DNA of 63,030 nt, the filler included, from Octopus bimaculoides (lineage: Eukaryota): the NCBI RefSeq assembly GCF_001194135.2. It is 6 parts of 6 records of this genome, joined end to end, with 100 filler letters (N's around TTAATTAATTAA, not from the genome) between each part and the next. Parts side by side here need not be neighbours in the genome. Positions count along the whole stretch, not along the records: positions 44,973 to 56,060 come from NC_068982.1; positions 56,161 to 61,089 come from NC_069000.1; positions 61,190 to 63,030 come from NW_026378039.1; 3 more parts are not named here. One strand, 5' to 3'. Positions 51,612 to 63,030 of this stretch are shown here, piece after piece. Made by a program: the position numbers and the translations under genes. The stretch's first letter is position 1; the number at the start of each line of letters is the position of its first letter. The notes beneath the pieces were generated by a model. It searched no databases. It worked only from the letters and a program-made list of their open reading frames with translations, and was not told where the DNA came from.

Positions 51612-52396
51612 CTGAAATAATGATACAAAAGATATTTTTTTAATGTAAACCTTAAAAGACGGTCAAAGTGATTTTGGACATAGTTCTATCAAATAGCACA
51701 ACTACACAAATACAGAACTGAAAAACCAATAAATAAAATAAAAACAAAATGCATGAAGAAATAAGATAAATGATTAGTAATACAAAAATGTTAGTTTTGT
51801 TTTCATATAATTCTATTGTATCTGAATAGTTTTTCAAATATTTACATTATTTTACAATATGCAGCTTTCCATATTTCACTTTGTGCTTATCCACTGATGA
51901 ACAGGCACAAATATGATCGAATATTTAGTTTGACACTCAGAGAATGAGTTCACTGTTGTGATATTTTGGAAAATGTCCTTCAAAATACAGTAGGAGAAAG
52001 AGAGGAGAAAAGATGAAGAAAAAATAAATAAATGAGCAATCCAGATGAAAATGTCAATGCAGAATTAGTCTACATGGCAGTATTGAATATACATTTTAAA
52101 CCCTACTTTAAATTTAGCTTTCCTATTGTTGTCTAGATTATGCAGAGCTATAATCAAAAGCACTTTAGCTCTTACTATCCCATCTTTACTCTAGGCATAG
52201 TGTATCTAGTACTATATTATCCATTGTAACCTTCTGAAAGTTGCTAGAGTGTAATCCAAAAGAGGTTTAACTGTTATTTCTAGAAGGTCAAGTGACCATG
52301 TATAGACATCCCAAAATTATAGCACAATCTGAAATAGAGATAACACATTTGGAAAACTGAATGTCTATTATTTGAATTAAGTTGGGTCACATATAT

Positions 52397-53690
52397 ATCA
52401 TCATCATCGTCGTCATTTAATGCTGGCGTTGGTTGGATGGTTTGACTGATCTGGCAAAGTTCCTACAGCTGGATGCCCTTCCTAACACTAACCCCTCTGA
52501 GAGTGTAGTGGGTGCTTTTACGTGCCACTGGTATGATGGCCAGCAGTCAGGTGGTACTGGCAACGACCACGCTCAAGGAGTTTTTTACATGTCACCTGCA
52601 TGGGAGCCAGTCCAGTGGTACTGGCAACGATCACGTTCGAATGTTGTGTTTCACTTACCACTAGCACATGTGCCAGTAAGGCGACATTGGTTTCAATCAT
52701 GCTTGAATAGTGCTTTTAACGTTCCACTAGCACAAGTGCCAATCAGGCAGTACTGTCATCGGCCATGTCAGTGATTTTGATTTCACTTGCCTGAACAGGT
52801 CGTCACAAGCAAAGTTTATTGTCCAATGAATGAAGAGTACTCATAAGTGGGCTGGTCATACACCATTGGCATAGGCCATGGGTTATGGTCTCACTTGGCT
52901 AGTCAGGTCTTCTCAAGCACAGCATATCTCCAAAGGTCTCGGTCACTAGTCATTGCCTCAGTGAGGCCCAATGTTTGAAGGTCGTGCTTCACCACCTCAT
53001 CCCAGGTCTTCCTGGGTCTACCTCTTCCACAGGTTCCCTCAACTGCTAGGGTGTGACACTTTTCCACACAGCTGTCCTCACCCATTCGTACCACATGACC
53101 ATACCAGTGCAATCGTCTCTCTTGCACACCACATCTGATGCTTCTTAAGTCCAACTTTTTTCTCAGGGCGCTTACACTCTGTCATGTATGCACATTGACA
53201 TTACACTTCCAGCAGAGCATACTGGCTTCATTCCTTGCAAGCTTACGCATGTCCTCAGCAGTTGTGGCCCGTTTCACTGCCATGTAGCATGGCTGTTCAT
53301 GCAATGCATCATTCAGCCTACCTTTTACTCTGAGTGAGAGGCCCTTTGTCACCAGCAGAGGTAGGAGCTCTCTGAACTTTGCCCAAGCTATTCTTAATCT
53401 AGCAGCTACACTTTCAGAGCATCCANNNNNNNNNNGAACTTTGCCCAAGCTATTCTTAATCTAGCAGCTACACTTTCAGAGCATCCACCCCCGCTACTGA
53501 CTTGGTCACTTAGGTAATGGAAGCTATCAACTACTTGTAGTTTTTCTCCCTGGAAATGTGATAGAAGCTGTTCTCTTTTCAGTGTTTATTGCTCCTGAGC
53601 ATTTTCCACACAAAAACTATCTTCCCAGTTCGCCTTCCTTTGATATTGCTGCACCTCTTATGTGTCCATAGCTTACACTAGGTGTGCTTT
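52397..53690 (-). mobile_element. RTE-clade LINE, 3' portion with 3'UTR and (GAT)n tail
   Basis: Minus-strand ORFs IRCGVQERRLHWYGHVVRMGEDSCVEKC...GRGRPRKTWDEVVKHDL and GCSESVAARLRIAWAKFRELLPLL, plus LWTHKRCSNI. The 3'UTR ends in a CAT repeat on the plus strand at about 52397-52415. Confidence 0.9.
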
Positions 53691-54774
53691 TCTTTTTTAT
53701 CAGATTGTTTATATACACACATATCAGGAATAAAACAGCCTGTGGTGTAGATTCGATAAAATAAATTAATGCTGCATAAGAATATTTTGCCTGCTGATTA
53801 TAACCCATTTTCTTGCATACATCATGTATATGCATTGCAATATGTTAATTTTCCTTGTACCCTTATTGCCAACTTATGCCACCAGATTTATTTTAGATCA
53901 TAGTCCTCAACCACTGGGCTATGGACCATTTGGTATTGGGCCACACAGAAAGAAATTTTAAAATGTTATTTTTGCTTTATTGACTATCACAGTCTGCATT
54001 TTTTTTTCCCTAGAAAAATTGTCTGTGGTGCACCACAGACAAGTTTCATGCAAGACAATATAAGGACCATTGTTTTAGATAATGATTGATGTATACACAC
54101 AGAGTGGTATCACTTAGTAGTTGAGAATTTCACTTCTAAAACATGGTTCTGGGTTCAGATTTCTACAGCTGGATGCCCTTCTATTGCCAACCATTTTACA
54201 GAGTGTACTGGATGCTTTTTGCATGGCAGCAGCACCCACATCATTGCTTTTTTATGTGGCACCTTGGTTTTTAGATCCCAATTCTGCTGTGGTGGGCAGG
54301 TCTTCTTGATCACAGTAATGCATCACATATCTCAGTCCTCTGCCACCTGCTTTGTAAGGCTCAGCATTTTGAGATCAGCCTTCAATACTTTGTTCCACTC
54401 TTCCTGGGACTCCCTCTTCCACAACTTCCCTCCAAACATATACACACACACACACTGGGATTCTTTTAGTTTCTGTCTACCAAATCCACTTACCATTACT
54501 ATAGCCCACAGATATAGTAAAAGACACTTGCTCAAAGTGTTCTGCAGTGGGAATGGGCCCCAAAACACAGGATTGGAAAACAAACTTTACACATCCATGC
54601 CTACAAAAGTTCATATATGAACTTACTAAGTTGTAAACACCAATTTAATCATAAAGGAAAATGAAAGTAAAACTCAAAAGATAATTGCAGTTGAGGGGAT
54701 AAAACAAGTACCAGTAATACACTGGAGTAGACTACATCTTCCTGGTACAAAAGCTGGTTTTAAGTAAGAAATAT

Positions 54775-54980
54775 TCTTTTACTTGTTTCAGTCATTTGAC
54801 TTAGGCCATGCTGCAGCACCACCTTTAGTCGAGCAAATTGCCCCCAGGACATTCTTTGTAAGTCTAGTGCTTATTCTATCGATCACTTTTGCCGAAACGC
54901 TAAGTTACGAGGACGTAAACACACCAGCATCGGTTGTCAAGCGATGTTGGGGGGGACAAACACAGACACACAAACATATA
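54775..54980 (-). mobile_element. SINE family B 3' half, ending at a gap
   Basis: TACTTGTTTCAGTCATTTGAC...GTCAAGCGATGTTGGGGGGACAAAC is the reverse complement of 31200-31385. Confidence 0.85.
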
Positions 54981-55411
54981 NNNNNNNNNNNNNNNNNNNN
55001 NNNNNNNNNNNNNNNNNNNNNNNNNNNNNNNNNNNNNNNNNNNNNNNNNNNNNNNNNNNNNNNNNNNNNNNNNNNNNNNNNNNNNNNNNNNNNNNNNNNN
55101 NNNNNNNNNNNNNNNNNNNNNNNNNNNNNNNNNNNNNNNNNNNNNNNNNNNNNNNNNNNNNNNNNNNNNNNNNNNNNNNNNNNNNNNNNNNNNNNNNNNN
55201 NNNNNNNNNNNNNNNNNNNNNNNNNNNNNNNNNNNNNNNNNNNNNNNNNNNNNNNNNNNNNNNNNNNNNNNNNNNNNNNNNNNNNNNNNNNNNNNNNNNN
55301 NNNNNNNNNNNNNNNNNNNNNNNNNNNNNNNNNNNNNNNNNNNNNNNNNNNNNNNNNNNNNNNNNNNNNNNNNNNNNNNNNNNNNNNNNNNNNNNNNNNN
55401 NNNNNNNNNNN

Positions 55412-55473
<62 letters not shown>

Positions 55474-56060
55474 CAAATGGTGCTATCATAAATTTAATGA
55501 GATGACGTTCAGTCAGATGACAATATGAAATGACAAGGGGCATATCACATGACCAACAAACAACAGACGAAAACGCTATTTTGTTCTTATGCCAACTAGC
55601 TGTCATATGCAGCCTGTGTGGTTCTAATGACAATGAACAGAGAGAGAGAGAGAGAATCAAGGAATACTGATCTGAAAGGCTGAATAAATGGAGTGGATTT
55701 TCCAAGCTCAATGCAGGAATTGAACTAACCACTACAAATATCTAGATTAGATTATACATACAATAGACATATATACATATATATATATATAGGAAAATGA
55801 AAAATAATAATAAGGCAGAATGCTGAACTGGAAGCATATTTTAATAAAGATTTCTAACCGGCTTTCACTGCATGGCAAATTATCAAGAAGAGGGAGAATG
55901 AAAATGCTTTTTATAAAGAAGTAAAAAATGAAAAAAGTAATATATAAAAAAATAAATATACCAATACATTATATTGTCTTTGAGCTTTTAAAGTTCAATG
56001 GTAATCCAGTTAGATAATGGTTGGAAAAATAAGGATGCAGGAAAATTGAGTTATGTTAGG

Positions 56061-56160
56061 NNNNNNNNNNNNNNNNNNNNNNNNNNNNNNNNNNNNNNNN
56101 NNNNTTAATTAATTAANNNNNNNNNNNNNNNNNNNNNNNNNNNNNNNNNNNNNNNNNNNN
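56061..56160. other. Assembly linker N44-TTAATTAATTAA-N44
   Basis: Identical 100-nt structure. Confidence 0.95.
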
Positions 56161-56201
<41 letters not shown>

Positions 56202-56623
56202 ATGTATCGTTGTATAAGACGATCAGATGTGTATGAGAAGGCTCAGAATTTCCGTTCAATACTTAGAATTCACCCAACACTCATATATAAAACTACCTAT
56301 AATTCTATATTTATCAACAATACATCTCAAATTTCCATTTGGTTTGACGTACAGAAAATGTTCTCAGAAGACAGAAACACGTGCTATTCAGTACATTTAA
56401 AAACCGGCGGAATAAATCGGACACACTGGACCTGCTATTATATAAATATTATCAACGTTATCACCAGGATGTTGAGGAACAGCGTTCTACAACTTTGTTG
56501 GTGAGATTTCGTATACATACACACGTGCATACATACATGCATACATCCATCCAGACATACATACGTATGTACGTACGCACTCACGCATGTATGTATGCAT
56601 GTATGTATGTGTGCACGTATGCA

Positions 56624-56672
<49 letters not shown>

Positions 56673-57334
56673 NNNNNNNNNNNNNNNNNNNNNNNNNNNN
56701 NNNNNNNNNNNNNNNNNNNNNNNNNNNNNNNNNNNNNNNNNNNNNNNNNNNNNNNNNNNNNNNNNNNNNNNNNNNNNNNNNNNNNNNNNNNNNNNNNNNN
56801 NNNNNNNNNNNNNNNNNNNNNNNNNNNNNNNNNNNNNNNNNNNNNNNNNNNNNNNNNNNNNNNNNNNNNNNNNNNNNNNNNNNNNNNNNNNNNNNNNNNN
56901 NNNNNNNNNNNNNNNNNNNNNNNNNNNNNNNNNNNNNNNNNNNNNNNNNNNNNNNNNNNNNNNNNNNNNNNNNNNNNNNNNNNNNNNNNNNNNNNNNNNN
57001 NNNNNNNNNNNNNNNNNNNNNNNNNNNNNNNNNNNNNNNNNNNNNNNNNNNNNNNNNNNNNNNNNNNNNNNNNNNNNNNNNNNNNNNNNNNNNNNNNNNN
57101 NNNNNNNNNNNNNNNNNNNNNNNNNNNNNNNNNNNNNNNNNNNNNNNNNNNNNNNNNNNNNNNNNNNNNNNNNNNNNNNNNNNNNNNNNNNNNNNNNNNN
57201 NNNNNNNNNNNNNNNNNNNNNNNNNNNNNNNNNNNNNNNNNNNNNNNNNNNNNNNNNNNNNNNNNNNNNNNNNNNNNNNNNNNNNNNNNNNNNNNNNNNN
57301 NNNNNNNNNNNNNNNNNNNNNNNNNNNNNNNNNN

Positions 57335-57365
<31 letters not shown>

Positions 57366-57667
57366 CATAATATATATGCATATATACATACGTATATGTA
57401 CATACATCTATATGTATATACATTTGCATATGTGGGCACAGGACGTCACGAAACGTGTACAACAAAGAATACGAAGTACGAGTACATACGCATACATACA
57501 CACAGATATATTAATATAGATATATACGCATATAAAGAGTCGCGTTCACACACTTATCTGCATATAATATGCATGCATGAATGTTCAGATATATTTATAT
57601 ATCTGTAAGGCACGGGTATAGGGTGATCTGGCAGGAAGTGGAGGACATGTCCGTACCAGCGCATACA

Positions 57668-57712
<45 letters not shown>

Positions 57713-58166
57713 GAAGATGGTGGATTATATGCTATGACCTCATCTGTGATTTAGTCCAACTTTTAGAATGAATGAAAGCACATATATGGCAAAAGAATTT
57801 CTAAATTTCAAATTCTATTACATGCTTTTAAAATATTGCTTGTTAGTTTAACCAATTCAAAACAAAATGACTCGCCAACAATAGTAATACAGCATCACCT
57901 CCAACCTCAAATTGCTGGGATACGCAAAACTGTCCACTCAATGGTAATTGTTTTTCCAAATCATTAGTTTATAATGTTAAGGTGTAGACAGATAATGAAC
58001 ATTGTATTCAGATCTTATATAAAACTAAGAACAAATTCACCCACACATACACCCACATACACGTAATATACATACACGTGCATATATATATATACGCATT
58101 CATGCATGTATGTACACATATGTATACATATACACACCTATATAAATGTAAATATAGAGATGTATG

Positions 58167-58207
<41 letters not shown>

Positions 58208-58913
58208 GTGTGTGTGTGTGTGTGTGTGCATGTCAATATTCCTAATACATTATCTGATTGGATAGATCTTTCCTCTTATATATATANNNNNNNNNNNNNN
58301 NNNNNNNNNNNNNNNNNNNNNNNNNNNNNNNNNNATATATATATATATATATATATATACATACACATATGTCAAGATTTTGTAATACACCACGCACCCA
58401 CATAACTGTTTTTATGTCAATTTGTATTTATAAAAAATTTAACAATGAATTGAAGGAGTGCTCAATACTTTTAGTAGAGTACATGTTTATTAAACTTTTA
58501 CAGGGAAAAGTTAGCAGTGACTTCGGAATTTGCAAATGGTAACCTCCGACAGACTTTGCATAAATTAGGTTCTTTTTGTCTTGATTTAGTCATTGCTAAG
58601 TTGTTTGTTAGGGATAGACAGAATTATGAAGAATAATGCTTAGGTGTAGTGTATGTAGACCGCTAAAGTAGTTGTGTAGGAAGAGGAGATGGAGGAGGGT
58701 AGAAGAAAAGTATGCCTTTATAAAGTGTCAGCTGATCAAACGTTATTGTGAGTAGATTTTATCTCGTTTGATGAAGAGATTTCGTTATTGTTTAGTGTTC
58801 TATCAAGCGTAAAAGTTTCTTTGTCACATCTAGGCGAATCAAATGTCGGTCACGACAGTCTTTGTGAAGAACGTTGAATTTTGTTGTATTTTAGAGTTCA
58901 GAAAAGAATGTTT

Positions 58914-58983
<70 letters not shown>

Positions 58984-59104
58984 CTAGGTGCATACGTTCA
59001 CACATACCTGAAACTTATTTCCACACGCACGTACAAGCATTTTTATATAGCACATTCATAGTTTAATTTACATTCAAGACATATATGCATACATACACAT
59101 ACAC

Positions 59105-59136
<32 letters not shown>

Positions 59137-59709
59137 GAATGCATACATACACAGGCACCAAACATGCACGCGTACATACTGTACATATACACACTCTCGA
59201 CATCACAAACGAACACACACACACACACACACACGCACACACACACACAACATGCATATACAGACATACACAAACCAGACACATACTACAAACTACAGAC
59301 GTGTACGCATTTACTCGAAAGCACGCACACACACGCACGCACACACACACACACGCACACACACACACACACACACACTAAACAAATAAACATCACAAAA
59401 AATACGATTTTTAACAACCTGATGTCAGTACGCAGTGCATTCTGGGATATTCGACGTGTGTTGTACGCCATTTTGCACGGGTTAACGAATGTGTGTGAAA
59501 TAAGCGCCTTGCTAACTCCAATATTTGTCGCAGTATCAATATTACTTGTTACAAATATATGTGCAACTCGCTGTGCAACTTTATGCAACTGTTTACAGCT
59601 GTATTCAGTTGTGTACAGTTGCATGTAACTGTAATGGCCGCTTCACCCTGCAAAATCCACATCTGTAGCCGTCTGTTATCCGCATTTGCAGCCGAAACAC
59701 ACGCAAACA

Positions 59710-59734
59710 GCGTGCGCGTGTTTGTTTGTTTGTT

Positions 59735-59772
<38 letters not shown>

Positions 59773-60270
59773 GTGTGTGTGTGTACGTAGGTGTGTATGT
59801 GTGTATGTTTGTTTGTGTATATCTGCGTGTGCGTATGCGTGAGCGTGTGTGTGTATGTTTGTTTGTGTATATCTGCGTGTGCGTATGCGTGAGCGTGTGT
59901 GTGTATGTATGTGTGCGTACGTGTGTGCATGTGTATGTATTTGTGTGTATGTGTGTGTTTATGTGTTTGTGTGCGTGTGCGTATGTGTGTGTTTGTGTAT
60001 ATTTGTGTGTGTTTGTGTGTGTATATGTTTGTGCATGTGTTTGTATGTGAGTGTGTGTGTGTGTGTTTTTGTGTGCGCGCGTTTATTTGTATGTATGCAT
60101 GTGCGGGCGTGTTAGTGTGTGTACGTGCGTGTGTGTATGTGTGCGAGTGTGTATGTGTGTGCATGTGCGTGCATGTGTGTATACATGTATTGGTGTGTAT
60201 GTGTGTGTAATATGTAAATGTATATATGCACTGGGTGTGTGTGTATGTGTGTATATTGATGTGTGAGACT
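59710..60270. repeat. Long compound (TG)-rich microsatellite
   Basis: Degenerate TG/TGTA repeats with an internal duplicated block (59806-59860 and 59866-59910). Confidence 0.9.
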
Positions 60271-60284
60271 GTACTTTTGTGTAA

Positions 60285-60628
60285 GTGGAGGTGCAATGGA
60301 CCAGTGGTTAGGGTAGCGGACTCGCGGTTTCGATTCCTAGGTCGGGCGTTATGAGTGTTAATTGCGCCGGCAGGGGATGGTAGCGAACCCTGCTGTACTC
60401 TTCCACCACAACTTTCTCTCACTCTTTCTTCCTGCTTCTGTTGTGCCTGTAATTCAAAGGGGTCAGCCTTGTCACACTCTGTGTCACGCTGAATCTCCCC
60501 GAGAACTACGTCAAGGGTACACGCGTCTGTGGAGTGCTCAGCCACTTGCACGTTAATTTCATGAGCAGGGTGTTCCGCTGATCGGATCAACTGGAGCCCT
60601 CGTCGTCGTAACCGACGGAGTGCCACGA
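60285..60628 (+). mobile_element. tRNA-derived SINE family D, near full length
   Basis: Head GGAGGTGCAATGGACCAGTGGTTAGG...TTCGATTCC; body CTTGTCACACTCTGTGTCACGCTGAATCTCCC...TAACCGACGGAGTGCC. Confidence 0.85.
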
Positions 60629-60663
60629 CGACGACTTTTGTATAAATGTGTTTAAGTCTATGA

Positions 60664-60706
<43 letters not shown>

Positions 60707-61040
60707 GTTTGAGATGTTAAAGTGTGTTTGGGAAACAAAAGGTTTATCTGCTTCCTCAGAAGACTGCAGCTGTGTGCCCATGGGCGTCAGTTTGTGCATT
60801 GCAAGTGTAAATGTACTGCAAGTGCATTGCAAGTGCATTGCAAGTGCATTGCAAGTGTAAATGTACTGCAATGAATGGAACCAAGCGTGTGTGCTTACGT
60901 TTGCTATAAATTATGTGTGGATGCATATCTCTGAGGCAGGGTATGTATGTATGTATGTATGTATGTATGTATGTACTTAACTCTCGTTTTTCGCGTGTAC
61001 ATACATATGTATATATATTTATTTACACACACGCACACAC

Positions 61041-61088
<48 letters not shown>

Positions 61089-61089
61089 G

Positions 61090-61189
61090 NNNNNNNNNNN
61101 NNNNNNNNNNNNNNNNNNNNNNNNNNNNNNNNNTTAATTAATTAANNNNNNNNNNNNNNNNNNNNNNNNNNNNNNNNNNNNNNNNNNNN
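61090..61189. other. Assembly linker N44-TTAATTAATTAA-N44
   Basis: Identical 100-nt structure. Confidence 0.95.
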
Positions 61190-62995
61190 ATATATATCTT
61201 TATATATATATGTAGTGATGTTAGTAATTGTGGTAGTGGTTGTGACGAGACATGTGCTAACAGTTGTGCTATGAAGACGAGGACTTATATGATTTAATGG
61301 TGATAACGGCTCTCTTGGTTGATGTGGTGATGGTGGTGCTAGTGGCAAAAGATAATATGTTTAGTAATAGTGGTGATAGTGACTGTTTTGTCGATAATGT
61401 TGATGGTGGCTATGATACATACATACATACGTACATACATAAAAATTCTTCAAGGTGGAGCCCCAGCTTGGCCATTGTCTAAAGACTGAAACAAGTAAAA
61501 GATCTTATACGAAGGAATGGTGAAAATTTCATGGCTTTAAGGGTATCGCGAAAGGCCTGGTTGGAGGCCCAACCTTCCGAGTTCTTTTACAGGACTTACA
61601 AAAACTGAAGGACCACTGCAATAAGTGTGTGAATCTGAGAGGGGAGTATGTTGAATAAAATTATAACTAACTGATGCTTCTGTATTTTCTTTTACTCAAA
61701 GCAAGGAACTTTTCAGCACCCATCTTCTATATGTGTGTGTATATGTGTGCGTGTGTCTTGTAGTAACACAAGTACTAGCACCGTTACCACCACTACGGAG
61801 ATCAACTCACCCCACCCCGCCACTTCATTGGACTAACAAAAGTACCTTTATGTGGATATCCGATCTGTTAGAATTAACAGACAAGTCTCTCTCGAAATCG
61901 TGCACCTAAGGTCTCCATCTGAAGAAGAACGTATTGGACAATATAATCCAACATAGACTATGCCTAAAAAAAAGTCGGCAATGATCACAACTGAATGTCT
62001 TTCATTATAAGTGTGTTCGTGGACTTGACGCAGATCTAAATGACGTAATTTCTTCTAAACCTTTACGTTCTGAGTTCAATTAACGCTGAGGTCAGCTTTG
62101 CGTATCATCCTTCCATGGGCGATCGAACCAGTCAAGTACTGGGGTTAATGTGATTGACCGATACCTATCCCTGTATATGAGGTCATCTGCTTATATTTCA
62201 AACATTAAAGAACAAGATAAACTGATACCGTTGCTATTTCGAACCAACATGGGCAAGCGTATATAGTTGCTTGCTTTGCCAGAAATAGCAGTTAAATCTT
62301 ATAAAATTACGACCTCCATACAATCTCATAAAATCAATGTTGGATAACGTACTTTTTCATACGCTGTATCAAAATAAATATTAAAAAATACCACGAGATG
62401 GGCACGGCTAGAAAATGTTTGGTGATAGGTCAGTTTACTCAAAAACGACCTGGAACTAAAAAGTATCTTCTGGAAGATCCTTTAAGTTTTTATGAACGAA
62501 TTCTTAGAGATAAGCTTTGTAGCAAAGAATTAAATCTATAAACATGGTTTCGAATCCCGGTAGGAACCACTTCACTTACGTTACTTCATAAAGTAGAAGT
62601 AAAAATCAGAAATACGTAATAATCTCCATTTCACAAGAGTAAACGGGAGGAAATTCCGCAAATTTCATGTTTTGATCTATTTATTTATTTATTTATTTAT
62701 TTACCTTTTTTATTTTTTATCTATTTATTTCTTGCATGAAAAAAATTGCCCTCATGCCCACCCCCGCCACCTTCTTTTTCTTCAAGTTTTTATTTATTTA
62801 TTTATTTCCTACTTTATCAGTATTTTGTTATTTAATTTTTTTTGTCTGCTACTTTTTATTGTTTTTTTTTTCATTAGTCTTACTTATCTTTATTTTTCTG
62901 TGTATGTCCATTTGTACATCACTACAGCTCTCCTATTGTTTACATCAACACATACACATATATAAATATACACATCCAGCCTCACCCACACACAC

Positions 62996-63030
<35 letters not shown>

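Noticed and set aside
8423-57608. Long ORFs of 150-337 aa spanning X runs
   Set aside because: Their length comes from N gaps. Only the 51 codons of the SLC6 exon are meaningful.
3038-60345. tRNA genes at A/B-box sequences (for example 3038, 40640-40695, 60290)
   Set aside because: They lack complete cloverleaf stems and run directly into SINE bodies, so they are tRNA-derived SINE heads.
1579-60626. Numerous ORF-track proteins rich in poly-D/G/N/H, VC, HT, YI, RE or LS repeats
   Set aside because: These are translations of microsatellites (GAT, AAT, CA, TA, GA) with no domain content or splice support.

Overview
Eukaryotic, AT-rich, microsatellite- and SINE-saturated genomic DNA. The repeat content looks like an octopus (coleoid cephalopod) genome; this is inferred, not database-checked. 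The window is not contiguous: five identical 100-nt linkers (N44-TTAATTAATTAA-N44) join six separate pieces (1-21073, 21174-23422, 23523-44872, 44973-56060, 56161-61089, 61190-63030). The only confidently recognisable host coding sequence is the first coding exon of an SLC6 monoamine transporter, serotonin-transporter-like (22959-22807, minus strand, truncated by a gap). By manual splice-site and phase matching I also found candidate exons of unannotated genes: three minus-strand exons in the 45-52 kb piece, two plus-strand exons flanking a 47-bp satellite, and an LRR-motif exon near 30.7 kb. The rest is transposons (pogo, maT DD37D, mariner DD34D, RTE LINE, Penelope fragments, MITEs, three tRNA-derived SINE families plus RTE tails), a two-variant 47-bp satellite rich in splice-signal motifs, several inverted repeats, and a sharp contrast between CpG-depleted and CpG-retaining pieces. 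No CRISPR array, rRNA gene or true tRNA gene is supported.
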